A DNA stretch of 34,422 bases from Patescibacteria group bacterium. GTDB lineage: Bacteria > Patescibacteriota > Minisyncoccia > Ryanbacterales > GWA2-47-10b. A program made the translations under genes and the position numbers. The DNA is taken from assembly GCA_038063855.1 (NCBI GenBank), contig JBBTUF010000001.1, positions 1-34,422 on the forward strand, given 5' to 3'. Below the pieces are notes generated by a model. That model did no database searches and was not told the DNA's origin. It worked only from the letters and a program-made list of their open reading frames with translations. Every line of letters starts with the position of its first letter. Within the stretch, counting starts at the first letter, position 1. Of the stretch, positions 23,596 through 33,022 are shown in pieces.

Positions 23596-23970
23596 CTAAT
23601 TAATATATCCTAAATTTTTCCACAAAGCGAGAAGAAAGCTTAATATAAACGCGATATCAATGGCAGTTAGCCCTGCCATTATGGCCTTTTTAAATTTATT
23701 TTGAGTAAAATTTCTTGCCCACCAGTAAACTAATATAAACGAAGAGATTAAAGTGGCAAGATAAACAAATACAGTCAAGGTTTTTGGCGCGACAAACAAA
23801 GTTAGCGTTAGCGCCGCATATAAATCAGCATCTTTCGGCCAAAATTCGTCAACAAATATATTTCCGTTAAAGAGAAACATCGCTATGGCGCAAATGGCAG
23901 CCAGCATCACTAAAAAATTTAATTTTGCCTCAGATTCCAATATGTCCCTTTTACCTACATTCATAACCAC
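23596..23970 (-). CDS. small membrane protein (4 predicted spans), unknown function
   Basis: Hydrophobic segments throughout. Overlaps the upstream gene by 10 nt. Confidence 0.45.
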   Translation of the reverse strand: MVMNVGKRDILESEAKLNFLVMLAAICAIAMFLFNGNIFVDEFWPKDADLYAALTLTLFVAPKTLTVFVYLATLISSFILVYWWARNFTQNKFKKAIMAGLTAIDIAFILSFLLALWKNLGYIN

Positions 23971-24323
23971 GAACTAATTGATAACGCATAAAATGTTAAC
24001 ATCCATTCCAACAAAAACAACCATGCAACAGCAAGGAAACCTCCCATAAATAACACGAAGGCATGCCTATCCTCGGTAAAATAGATTTTCCATGTCGTAT
24101 ATATCGTCAGGAAAGTACCGATAATTTCATCGAATCGTATTAGATAATAAATAATATTTTGAATATCTGGTCGTGACTCTTCGGAGCGCCATTCTATGGC
24201 ACGAGACGTATTCATCGCCCAGTTTGTAATCAATAAAAGAATGATAAGCACCAAGCCCAATCTGAGCCATTTATTTTGATATATTCGTTTTAGCTTTTGC
24301 ATAATACTATACAGCGCCATCAT
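23961..24323 (-). CDS. small membrane protein, unknown function
   Basis: Hydrophobic segments. Tandem and overlapping with 23596..23970. Confidence 0.45.
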   Translation of the reverse strand: MMALYSIMQKLKRIYQNKWLRLGLVLIILLLITNWAMNTSRAIEWRSEESRPDIQNIIYYLIRFDEIIGTFLTIYTTWKIYFTEDRHAFVLFMGGFLAVAWLFLLEWMLTFYALSISSWL

Positions 24324-24380
24324 TTAGTGGTAGTCTTTAGCGTAACAAATTCCTTAACAATTTCATAGGAGGTGACTAAA

Positions 24381-26348
24381 ATGCTGCAAAAACTCACGTT
24401 TTTGGGGATGTTTTTTTGGTTGTTCATGAACACAAACTTGATATTTGCTGAAGAAAAACGCGAAGTTCTAGTCATTCCAGGAATTACAGGATCGATGTCA
24501 ACCGAGATTGCCTGCAATAATAGTGAGGCAGTTTCAGCGATAGAAGAACTGTTTAAACTAGCTTCACCAACGCACCTTACGCAAGAATGGGTTATTGATC
24601 CAATGTATGGAACGTATACCGAACTTCAAACAGAATTAGTAAGAAATGGTTTTAAGCAAACGCCTGTAGCTTATAACTGGCTATTGCCGATAAACCAAAT
24701 CGCAGAAGATTATTTGAAGCCAATTATCGATGAAGTTATATTCCGAGATAGGGAAGTTGATATAGTTGCTCACAGCATGGGCGGTTTAGTAGCACGATCT
24801 TATATAGAAGTCTATGGCAGTAGAGGGATTCGTAAAGTTGCATTTTTAGGTACGCCTCACCGAGGATCCGTCTCGGTATATAAATACTGGGAAGGCGGAG
24901 AACCATTTGCTGACACAATTCTCAAACGCCAAGGCATGAAAACCCTCCTAAGGGCTATGGTCTTTGGTTGCGGATGTCGAGATGTTAGTACCGTTGATTT
25001 TGTTCGTCACGGTTGCTCTGACGGCATAACGGGACCAATATCTTCCGTGCAATATTTACTGCCAGTTTTCCCTTATTTGTGGAAATCGAATAGTCTCATT
25101 GATCCTGAGTCGATGTGTGAACAAAATTTCTTTTTGCGGTTACTGAACGCCAATGCAGATAAAATGTTTGGTCTGCCAATTCAATATCGTATTTTTGCGA
25201 GTTCTACAGAAACAACAGCACGATACGCAAAGATCGGCAAAAATACACAAAAAAACTGTTCAGCAAACGCATGGCAAGATGGCAAACCAACTATTGTAAG
25301 TATGACAAAAAATGGCGATAACCAAGTACTTTTTAACGAAAGTGCTTGTCCTAAGTCGTACATCCCTGCGTTCGCAAATATCCCATGTATAACAGAAGAT
25401 TCGATCCACCCGGGACAAAAAAAACCTCTAACTCATATAGAGCATGGCGCATTGCCAACTATTTTCAAGGAAGAAATTGTCGCCTACCTCAAAGAACCGA
25501 TGTGTGGCGATTCGTACCTTGAAGGTAATGAGCAATGCGATGACGGCAATCTTGCTGGTGGCGACTGTTGTGATTCGCAATGTAAATTTGAACCTGCCGG
25601 ATCACAAACGTGTGGGCAGGGTGCATGCACAAATCAAGTAGCTCAATGCAACGGCGCAACACGCGTATTATGCGCGCCACTTGCACCACCTGAACCAAGC
25701 GGTGAACAGTCGTGCGCCAATGGCGCTGATGATAATTGCGATGGATGGATTGATTGTGATGATGAAAATTGCACAGGAAAAGACGGCTGTCCTATGCCGA
25801 ACTATCCTGGGTTTTTTACAATCACGCATAATCCATTACCAGAAGAAGACCCAGCACTTGGCAATTCTAACCCCGTCAATTGTCACACCAACAATCTGCT
25901 CTGTACAAGTCCACACTACTGGCCAGATGCACGACTTCCTCGCAGAGTATCAACCGATGTTTTCTTGACTATTAACAGTCATGAGGGATTCGATGAACAA
26001 GTAGTTATTAGCGTTGAAGCATTTAATGCCGATACCATGAAAAATTCGACCGCTTGCCCAACTGGAGTTGAGGTGCCATGCGCTGATGGCATTCCTGACG
26101 GTACTCCATTTGTAGATCCGCTCCATTCCGGCCTCTTCTTTTATTTTGAAGGCGACTACTCAAAAACAGTTTCAGACCCAATCGCGCCAGGCTCTTCAGT
26201 GTTGTTCAACGCCGTTTATCAAGACTATCCCTATCTTCCAAACGGCAGATATTTCATCTTCCTCAAGGGCACTGGCGTAACCACTGGAAAAACGTATACG
26301 AACCAACTCTTGATAACCGTGTCTCAAAGTACAATCATTTACCTGTAA
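24381..26348 (+). CDS. secreted alpha/beta-hydrolase (lipase/esterase-like) with a C-terminal Cys-rich repeat module
   Basis: Signal peptide MLQKLTFLGMFFWLFMNTNLIFA; nucleophile elbow VAHSMGGLV; CGDSYLEGNEQCDDGNLAGGDCCDSQC (myxococcal-type Cys-rich repeat pattern). ATG 24381 sits 7 nt after AGGAGGTG; the track start at 24372 lies inside the RBS. Confidence 0.65.
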   Translation: MLQKLTFLGMFFWLFMNTNLIFAEEKREVLVIPGITGSMSTEIACNNSEAVSAIEELFKLASPTHLTQEWVIDPMYGTYTELQTELVRNGFKQTPVAYNWLLPINQIAEDYLKPIIDEVIFRDREVDIVAHSMGGLVARSYIEVYGSRGIRKVAFLGTPHRGSVSVYKYWEGGEPFADTILKRQGMKTLLRAMVFGCGCRDVSTVDFVRHGCSDGITGPISSVQYLLPVFPYLWKSNSLIDPESMCEQNFFLRLLNANADKMFGLPIQYRIFASSTETTARYAKIGKNTQKNCSANAWQDGKPTIVSMTKNGDNQVLFNESACPKSYIPAFANIPCITEDSIHPGQKKPLTHIEHGALPTIFKEEIVAYLKEPMCGDSYLEGNEQCDDGNLAGGDCCDSQCKFEPAGSQTCGQGACTNQVAQCNGATRVLCAPLAPPEPSGEQSCANGADDNCDGWIDCDDENCTGKDGCPMPNYPGFFTITHNPLPEEDPALGNSNPVNCHTNNLLCTSPHYWPDARLPRRVSTDVFLTINSHEGFDEQVVISVEAFNADTMKNSTACPTGVEVPCADGIPDGTPFVDPLHSGLFFYFEGDYSKTVSDPIAPGSSVLFNAVYQDYPYLPNGRYFIFLKGTGVTTGKTYTNQLLITVSQSTIIYL

Positions 26349-26366
26349 CCGCAGTTTAGTTCTTGC

Positions 26367-26402
26367 GACTCCCTTACCGTTGTAGGGGAGTCTTTTTTTT
26401 AT
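26367..26402 (+). terminator. rho-independent terminator
   Basis: gactccc...ggggagtc stem followed by T8. Confidence 0.75.
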
Positions 26403-26404
26403 TT

Positions 26405-26445
26405 AAAAAAATAAAAAAAGCCGGGTCGTGAATATGTGACCCGGC
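26405..26445 (-). terminator. rho-independent terminator for the minus-strand small gene
   Basis: Minus strand reads gccgggtc-acatattcac-gacccggc followed by TTTTTTTATTTTTTT. Confidence 0.65.
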
Positions 26446-26476
26446 AGGCATCGTTTTTTGCTCGCTTGCAATAAGG

Positions 26477-26704
26477 CTACTGCATGGTATTGCGCAATCG
26501 CTCGCACATTTCGTTGCTCATTTGAAATTGGTGATTGAACATCGCGTACAACACCAGTACATGAGCCATCTGGTCGAGCGAAAGGAGTATATTGGGAAGA
26601 TCGATGAGCAGTCGTGGGATATACAGCAACGTGTTGAGGTAAAGATCGAATTGCTCTGCCGCTTGCTCCCCAAGGTCTGTTAATACTATAAAAGATAATA
26701 TCAC
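26477..26704 (-). CDS. hypothetical small protein
   Basis: An ORF bracketed by an intergenic region and a good terminator. GTG start, no clear RBS, no motif. Confidence 0.35.
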   Translation of the reverse strand: MILSFIVLTDLGEQAAEQFDLYLNTLLYIPRLLIDLPNILLSLDQMAHVLVLYAMFNHQFQMSNEMCERLRNTMQ

Positions 26705-26746
26705 TTTTGTACAGATTAGTACGTAAAAATTGACTTTTTTGTAAAA

Positions 26747-28591
26747 ATGGGCTACTCTATGGTTGACGCTGTTCGGAACGGCATTAGTAATTGCAAGGGA
26801 AGTTGCATAGCTGGTTTGTGTATGGAAAACAAAAAAATACCCACATTAAAACGAATTGGATTTTTTCTCAAAGATCGTAAACGAACGATTGTTTTTTTGC
26901 TTGTTATAATTACCATTTCGCAAGTGGCAAGTATTGTGGTGCCGTTCATTTCAAAAATACTCATTGATGCGCTTACCACATTTTTGCAAAACCCCGGAAG
27001 CGTGCTGCCATGGAATATTTTAGCTTACACCACTTTGGGAATTTTAATTACCACGCTTATCAGCAGTGTTTTGCAATCAATTTATAACTACTATTTATTT
27101 GAGATGGTTACAAAAGCAGAAGATGATCTGCGAACTCAAGCATTTGAAAAATATTTACAACTTCACTCGCTTTTTCACCATGGAGCATCGAGCGGGCAAA
27201 TCATCGGCCGTATTGAGCGCGGTGGCGTTTCGTTTTACACCATTATTTATGACATTTTTGGTCAAAATTTAATTCCGCCGTTCATTATATTTATTGGTTC
27301 ATTTGTGGCGCTTTTGCACGAAAATGTGTGGATTGCTCTCGCAATTCTTGTACCGTTCCCGATCTATCTTTTGGCAACGCGCAATATCGCCAATAAAATT
27401 TATTATGTCGAACAGCAAGCAAATGATGCCTTTGAAAGTGTCTCGCGTGAACTCTACGATGTCGCAGGCAACGTACTTACCGTAAAAAAGTTTTCACAAG
27501 AAGAATCTGAAATACTAACCCACGAAAAGCTCATTAGCCGAGCACGCGAAATACAATATAGCGCCGAGCGCCTATGGGCGCGCATCGAGATGATTCAGAC
27601 AACCATTGCCACTATTGGTCGCGTGGCTGTGCTGGGGTTGAGCGCGTGGTTTGTGTTGCGAGGTGATGCAACGATCGGTCAATTTGTGCTCTATGTAACT
27701 CTCCAAAACATGGCATATCATCCGCTCACATCGCTTTCATCAATGTTTACACGTATTCGCCGAAATATTACACGCGTAGAACGCTTGTTTACTATTCTCG
27801 ATGAACCAATTTCTGTTGTCGATAAACCCCATGCATCAATTTTGCCGCCACTACACAAAGAAATAAAATTTGAAAATGTATCATTTTCATATCGAGATGA
27901 CGAACAGCAAGCTCTTAAAAATTTGAATGTTACAATCCCGGCAGGCACAACGGTAGCGCTTGTAGGGCGGTCGGGGAGTGGTAAAACAACTTTTATTAAT
28001 TTATTGTTGCGCTCGTATGACCCACAGGAGGGAGCAATCTCGATCGATGGCATAGACATTCGTGATATCACACAAGCAAGTTTGCGCAAACAAATCGCTG
28101 TAGTCCCTCAAGAGGTTGATTTATTTTCGCGAACGGTTGCCCAAAACATTGCGTACGGACGAGAAAATATCGACCAAGACCAAATCGAAAATGCGGCAAA
28201 AACAGCTCTCGCGCATGATTTTATCGGCAAGCTCGAAGATGGTTACGAAACAGTGGTGGGTGAGCGTGGTATTAAATTATCGGGAGGCGAGCGCCAACGC
28301 ATTGGCATTGCGCGTGCAGTATTGCGTGACCCACGAATATTAATTTTGGATGAAGCTACAAGCCACCTTGATACTGAAAGCGAGAAACTTATTACAAAAG
28401 CAACCGACGCGCTTATTAAAAATCGCACGTCGTTTATTATTGCGCACCGGCTTTCTACGGTTATTCATGCAGATTGTATTCTGGTATTCAAAAATGGAGA
28501 AATTGAAGCTATGGGCACGCACGCAGAACTTTTACACTCAAGCCCCACATACGCCCGCCTCCATGCGCTCCAGTTTGCCGATGAGGAATAA
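26747..28591 (+). CDS. ABC exporter, fused permease/ATPase (MsbA/type I exporter-like)
   Basis: Six-TM N-terminal half; Walker A GRSGSGKTT; signature LSGGERQR; Walker B ILILDEATS; H-loop AHRLST. Start may be ATG 26822 (MENKKIPTLKR). No C39 peptidase domain. Confidence 0.9.
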   Translation: MGYSMVDAVRNGISNCKGSCIAGLCMENKKIPTLKRIGFFLKDRKRTIVFLLVIITISQVASIVVPFISKILIDALTTFLQNPGSVLPWNILAYTTLGILITTLISSVLQSIYNYYLFEMVTKAEDDLRTQAFEKYLQLHSLFHHGASSGQIIGRIERGGVSFYTIIYDIFGQNLIPPFIIFIGSFVALLHENVWIALAILVPFPIYLLATRNIANKIYYVEQQANDAFESVSRELYDVAGNVLTVKKFSQEESEILTHEKLISRAREIQYSAERLWARIEMIQTTIATIGRVAVLGLSAWFVLRGDATIGQFVLYVTLQNMAYHPLTSLSSMFTRIRRNITRVERLFTILDEPISVVDKPHASILPPLHKEIKFENVSFSYRDDEQQALKNLNVTIPAGTTVALVGRSGSGKTTFINLLLRSYDPQEGAISIDGIDIRDITQASLRKQIAVVPQEVDLFSRTVAQNIAYGRENIDQDQIENAAKTALAHDFIGKLEDGYETVVGERGIKLSGGERQRIGIARAVLRDPRILILDEATSHLDTESEKLITKATDALIKNRTSFIIAHRLSTVIHADCILVFKNGEIEAMGTHAELLHSSPTYARLHALQFADEE

Positions 28592-28650
28592 ACTGATTTG
28601 ATATAAGTGCTGTTATACGCTATAAATAAAAACAGAAGGGAGGAGGCATT

Positions 28651-28824
28651 ATGCCAACGATCTATGTAGCGGAAGTCGAACCTGGTGGCCCGTACTACAC
28701 ATCGTTTCAACGTGACCCTACCGACATGCCATACTACGCTGTTGGTAAGACGCCAGACGATGCGATCGCGCGCCTGAAAGCCGAGCACCCAGAAGCCACG
28801 GATGCTCTAATCGAGCCTGAATGA
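28651..28824 (+). CDS. small protein, 57 aa, HicB/UPF0150-like fold suspected
   Basis: Hand-translated: MPTIYVAEVEPGGPYYTSFQRDPTDMPYYAVGKTPDDAIARLKAEHPEATDALIEPE. GGGAGGAGG RBS 5-6 nt upstream and a strong terminator downstream. Below the ORF-track cut-off. Confidence 0.55.
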   Translation: MPTIYVAEVEPGGPYYTSFQRDPTDMPYYAVGKTPDDAIARLKAEHPEATDALIEPE

Positions 28825-28841
28825 TTAAGCAAGCCAGCTGA

Positions 28842-28877
28842 CCCGCCTAGAGAAATTCTAGGCGGGTGATTTTTTTA
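28842..28877 (+). terminator. rho-independent terminator
   Basis: cccgcctag / ctaggcggg 9-bp stem, 7-nt loop, T7 run. Confidence 0.75.
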
Positions 28878-28966
28878 TGCTTGACTTATTGCTTACTTTT
28901 ATTGTTAAGTATAGTGAAGGCCGCTCTTTGACATCCTAACCTCAATAGAAAGGAGGGCATACTGCC

Positions 28967-30808
28967 ATGCCCAAGAAAGCAATACTAGGGAGTCTGTTCT
29001 TATTCGTATCTATACTTGTCGCGTCTTTTGCAGAAGGGGCAAACCCACCTCTTCAGAAATGCGAGAGAGGAATTGCACGCGCTACAAAGAATTTGGTTGA
29101 TAGGAAACTCTTAGTACTCGGACAGTGCTCGGATAAGCTATTTGCTTGTTCTCAGAAAGATCAATTTTCTAAAATAGAATGTCTTACTAAGGAGGTGCTT
29201 AATTGTACTATCCGCATAAAGCTTTTGTTTGACGAAGCAAAAGGTTTGCGTGCAAATTTTCGAAAGAAAATTTTTTCTGAGTGTAGTAATGCAAGTATCG
29301 CTGACATTTACAGTACCTATGGACTTGGCTTTTCGCTCATCGATGGCGTAGGATTGAACAATCTTTATAATCTTGCTGACATCCTTTACGCGAATCAGGC
29401 ATGTTATATAGATGTTTTGGTTGGCACCCAGATGCCTCGCACTGGGGAATTACTGGTGTCGAATGGTATTGATATTGGGCAATTTCCATGTCTACCTGTT
29501 TATGCAACTCCTATGCCGACCATATCATCAACACCTATTCAAACTCCAACACCGATTCAAACTGTCACGCCAACGCGTACACCTATGCGCACCGCTACAC
29601 CAACCGCAACAAGAACACCAACTGTTACGCCAACGCGTACACCTACGCCGACTATTACCGCAACACCTACATTGGGTTGTGGCGGACGCGATCTGTACGA
29701 GAAGTTTGATACGCTTAAATGGTGTTCGTATTCCCCGACTCACTTCAATCCAAACATAGGGATTTATCCGGACGAATTTAATATCCGCGAGGATCTTCGA
29801 ACTGCAAAGAGCTTTGGCTGCGAAGGCATTATTACGTACGGTTCCGACAACACACTCGGACAAGTGCCACGGATTGCACATGAAGAAGGTTATTCTGGAT
29901 TTATCATGGGCATTTGGAATCCAAAGAGCACGGAAGAAACATCAAATGCGCTTCTTGCGGTATCATATGTTGATGGCTATGTCGTCGGGAACGAGGGACT
30001 CACATTCCCGTATCCCTACGGGCTTGCGTATACCATAAATGATTTACTCGCAACAATGTCGAGCATAAAGTTGGCTACTGGGAAACCAGTAACTACTTCT
30101 GAGCCATCCACGGCCTACGTTGAGCATCCCGAATATCTTGATTTTGGAGATTGGATTTTTCCAAACGTACATTCGTATTGGGCGGGTATTACTAATCCTG
30201 CCGATGCCGTGTCTTGGACAATAAACACATACTATCAATTGCGGAATGCAATGCCTGGCAAATACGTTTTCTTGAAAGAGGCTGGCCAACCTACTTGCGG
30301 TGATGCAAATGTTAGTGAAACAACACAATCCGAATTTTATCGGCTCTTATGGGCTACTGAAGTAAAGTTCTCTTTCTTCGAGCTTTTTAATCAGCCATGG
30401 AAAAATTCACAACCAGTAGAGCCATGTTGGGGAATCTTCAATTCTGATCGCTCGCCAAAGCAAATCGTAATCGATTTTGCATCGTTTGCGCATATTCAAT
30501 ATGTTTGTGTGCCTGCGATCTATACGTATACGAATCTTTATGGTCGTGTGCATAATGTAGACACATCAAATTATCGCGCGGTTGTTTACATTAAAGTGCG
30601 CGGTGCTTGGTGGGTAAAGCCTTATGCAAGCGCGCCTTTGACTTCATTTAATCCAAGTGGTATGTTTGTGACCGATATTACAACTGGTGGCGTGGATCAG
30701 GAAGCGACAGAAATTGACGTCTTTCTTGTTGCGCCAGATTATCCCGCCATGCTTAACACCCCACCCGCACTGGGTGAATACGTAGCAGTCAAGAAAGTTC
30801 TGAGGTAA
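28967..30808 (+). CDS. secreted glycoside hydrolase, GH17-like (beta-1,3-glucanase-like) with an N-terminal Cys-containing domain and a Thr/Pro linker
   Basis: Signal peptide. VVGNEGL (acid/base region), FLKEAGQPTCG (nucleophile region, cf. sEtGWPs), FELFNQPWK...WGIFNSDRSPK. GAAAGGAGGG RBS. Confidence 0.68.
   Translation: MPKKAILGSLFLFVSILVASFAEGANPPLQKCERGIARATKNLVDRKLLVLGQCSDKLFACSQKDQFSKIECLTKEVLNCTIRIKLLFDEAKGLRANFRKKIFSECSNASIADIYSTYGLGFSLIDGVGLNNLYNLADILYANQACYIDVLVGTQMPRTGELLVSNGIDIGQFPCLPVYATPMPTISSTPIQTPTPIQTVTPTRTPMRTATPTATRTPTVTPTRTPTPTITATPTLGCGGRDLYEKFDTLKWCSYSPTHFNPNIGIYPDEFNIREDLRTAKSFGCEGIITYGSDNTLGQVPRIAHEEGYSGFIMGIWNPKSTEETSNALLAVSYVDGYVVGNEGLTFPYPYGLAYTINDLLATMSSIKLATGKPVTTSEPSTAYVEHPEYLDFGDWIFPNVHSYWAGITNPADAVSWTINTYYQLRNAMPGKYVFLKEAGQPTCGDANVSETTQSEFYRLLWATEVKFSFFELFNQPWKNSQPVEPCWGIFNSDRSPKQIVIDFASFAHIQYVCVPAIYTYTNLYGRVHNVDTSNYRAVVYIKVRGAWWVKPYASAPLTSFNPSGMFVTDITTGGVDQEATEIDVFLVAPDYPAMLNTPPALGEYVAVKKVLR
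29510..29672 (+). repeat. in-frame Thr/Pro-rich tandem repeat (linker) inside the GH17-like gene
   Basis: PMPTISSTPIQTPTPIQTVTPTRTPMRTATPTATRTPTVTPTRTPTPTITATPT. Near-identical 30-mers actgtYacgccaacgcgtacacctaYgc at 29561 and 29621. Confidence 0.7.
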
Positions 30809-30813
30809 TTTTC

Positions 30814-30848
30814 AAAAACCGATGAGTGTAATTGCTCATCGGTTTTTC
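30814..30848 (+). terminator. rho-independent terminator
   Basis: ccgatgag / ctcatcgg stem (30819-30842) followed by TTTTT. It lies inside the 5' extension of the aspS track ORF, which argues for the later aspS start. Confidence 0.7.
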
Positions 30849-30890
30849 CTTTGCTGTTTGCCTTTCCAAAACATCATTTTTTCTGCTACA

Positions 30891-32294
30891 ATGAAACCTA
30901 TTATGGCTCGAATTGCGGTTAAAGATTGTGCAACAAAAGTTGGTGAAACGGTTGAGCTGGCAGGCTGGGTTGATATTCGTCGCGACCATGGAAAATTGAT
31001 TTTTATCGATTTGCGAGACGAATCAGGCATCGTACAGATGGTCATAACACCCAAAAATGAAGCCTTGCATAAAGAGGCTGATCGCGTACGCCCCGAATGG
31101 GTTATTTCAATAAACGGCGAAGTAAAAGCACGCCCCGAAGGCATGAAAAACGACAAAATCGCCACAGGATCGGTAGAAATTGGCGTCACCCAACTCATTG
31201 TGCTTAACCCTGCAGAAACTCCACCATTTGATATCACGAGCAGTGGTCTCGAAATTGGCGAGGAAGTGCGGCTTGAATATCGATACATCGATTTGCGACG
31301 CGCACGTTTGCAAAAGAATTTACGCCTTCGCGCAAAACTCGGTAAGAAACTTCGTGAATATCTTAATGCTAAAAACTTCGTAGAAATCGAAACTCCGTAT
31401 CTCACAAAATCAACACCCGAGGGTTCACGCGATTTTTTGGTACCATCGCGCCATCAGCCTGGCAAATTTTATGCACTCCCACAAAGTCCCCAACAATACA
31501 AACAGTTGCTCATGGCAAGTGGCTTCGAGCGATATTATCAATTTGCACGTGCCATGCGCGATGAAGATTTGCGCGCAGATCGTGGCTTTGAACATACACA
31601 GCTCGATATAGAGATGAGTTTTGTATCTCGCGAGAATATTTTAAATCTTGTTGAAGAAATGGTTACTCGTGTCGTTGAAAATCTTGGCTTTACAATACAA
31701 ACAAAACCATTCCCACGCTTCACCTATGCTGAAGCAATAAAAAAATTTGGCGCTGATAAATTTGATATGCGCACACCCGAAGAAAAAGAAAAAAATATTC
31801 AAGCATTCGCATGGGTTACCGAATTCCCGTTTTTTGAAAAAAATACAGAAGGGAAGTGGACGTTCACTCATAACCCATTTTCAAATCCAATCCCCGGACA
31901 CGAAGAAAAACTTTTGTCTGGCGAAATCGAACATATTATCGCCGATCAATATGATCTCGTGCTCAATGGTTTTGAAGCGGGTGGCGGTAGCATTCGCGCA
32001 CATAAGTCAGAAATATTAAAAAAAGTACTGGAAGTTATGGGGCACTCTAATGAACATATCGAAAAAGAATTTGGTCACATGCTTCGCGCATTTACGTACG
32101 GCACTCCACCGCACGGAGGAATCGCGCTCGGATTTGAACGCATTCTAATGTCGCTCACAGGCGAAGAATATTTACGTGAGTTGCAAGCATTTCCCATGAC
32201 CTCGGGCGGTAGAACTGCCGTAATGGATGCCCCTAGTGAAGTATCAAAAGCGCAACTCGATGAACTTGGACTTGAAATAAAAAAGAAAAAATAA
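30891..32294 (+). CDS. aspS: aspartate--tRNA ligase, bacterial-type sequence but lacking the GAD insertion domain
   Basis: OB-fold N-terminus (VELAGWVDIRRDHGKLIFIDLRD); FYALPQSPQQYKQLLM; motif 2 AMRDEDLRADRGFEHTQLDIEMSF; motif 3 region GGIALGFERILM. Start at ATG 30891 or 30903; TGCTACAAT (extended -10-like) overlaps 30891. Confidence 0.9.
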   Translation: MKPIMARIAVKDCATKVGETVELAGWVDIRRDHGKLIFIDLRDESGIVQMVITPKNEALHKEADRVRPEWVISINGEVKARPEGMKNDKIATGSVEIGVTQLIVLNPAETPPFDITSSGLEIGEEVRLEYRYIDLRRARLQKNLRLRAKLGKKLREYLNAKNFVEIETPYLTKSTPEGSRDFLVPSRHQPGKFYALPQSPQQYKQLLMASGFERYYQFARAMRDEDLRADRGFEHTQLDIEMSFVSRENILNLVEEMVTRVVENLGFTIQTKPFPRFTYAEAIKKFGADKFDMRTPEEKEKNIQAFAWVTEFPFFEKNTEGKWTFTHNPFSNPIPGHEEKLLSGEIEHIIADQYDLVLNGFEAGGGSIRAHKSEILKKVLEVMGHSNEHIEKEFGHMLRAFTYGTPPHGGIALGFERILMSLTGEEYLRELQAFPMTSGGRTAVMDAPSEVSKAQLDELGLEIKKKK

Positions 32295-32296
32295 CA

Positions 32297-33022
32297 ATGG
32301 TATACCATGTCCGCGTAAAAGAATTTGACGGTCCGCTCGAGCTTTTACTCGGTCTTATTGAAACACGCAAACTCTCTATCAATGAAATTTCTCTTGGATC
32401 GGTTACTGAAGAGTATTTTCAATACCTTGAAACGCTCAAGCAAGAAATGGGGGAAACCTATCACAAAGAAATCGCAGCATTTTTGGTAATTGCCGCAACA
32501 CTCATGCTGGTAAAATCGCGCTCGCTATTGCCAGGGTTTTCGATAACCCTCGAAGAAGCGTCTGATATTAAAGAGCTTGAAGACCGGCTTAAAACATACA
32601 AATTAGTAAAAGACGCCGCTTTACTTCTTGGAGCACGATTCAAAAACCGAAATTCGCTCTACACGCGAGCTCCATTTGTGGCGGTTGCCCCATCATTTTT
32701 ACCTCCATCAAAACCATTAGACCTCTCGCGTCTATTGGGTATATTAAAATCAGTACTTGAGACTATTCCCGTAAAACAAGAACTTCCGCAAAAAACAGTC
32801 ATAAAACTTATATCTATTGAAGAAAAAATTAAAGAGCTTGAACGGCGAATCGCAGATGGTATTGTAAAAACATTTGAAGATTTTGTAGGTGACAAGAAAG
32901 AAAAATATGACGTCATTGTAAGTTTTCTCGCAATGCTTGAGCTGGTAAAGCTTGGAACGATTGCAGCCGAGCAGTCGCTACCATTTCATGGAATTCAAAT
33001 CGAACATGGAACTCGCTCGTAG
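32297..33022 (+). CDS. scpA: segregation and condensation protein A (kleisin)
   Basis: FDGPLELLLGLIETRKLSINEISLGSVTEEYFQYL and AAFLVIAATLMLVKSRSLLP match the ScpA pattern. Confidence 0.87.
   Translation: MVYHVRVKEFDGPLELLLGLIETRKLSINEISLGSVTEEYFQYLETLKQEMGETYHKEIAAFLVIAATLMLVKSRSLLPGFSITLEEASDIKELEDRLKTYKLVKDAALLLGARFKNRNSLYTRAPFVAVAPSFLPPSKPLDLSRLLGILKSVLETIPVKQELPQKTVIKLISIEEKIKELERRIADGIVKTFEDFVGDKKEKYDVIVSFLAMLELVKLGTIAAEQSLPFHGIQIEHGTRS

Noticed and set aside
26747-28591. The ABC exporter as the dedicated RiPP transporter
   Set aside because: It is about 10 kb from the precursor, separated from it by an IS, a kinase and unrelated secreted-protein genes, and it lacks a C39 peptidase domain. 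A link cannot be excluded but is unsupported.
29510-29672. Repeated 30-mers as a possible CRISPR array or non-coding tandem repeat
   Set aside because: There are only two close copies. They are in frame within a long ORF and encode a Thr/Pro linker, with no spacer/repeat architecture. No CRISPR array was seen anywhere in the window.
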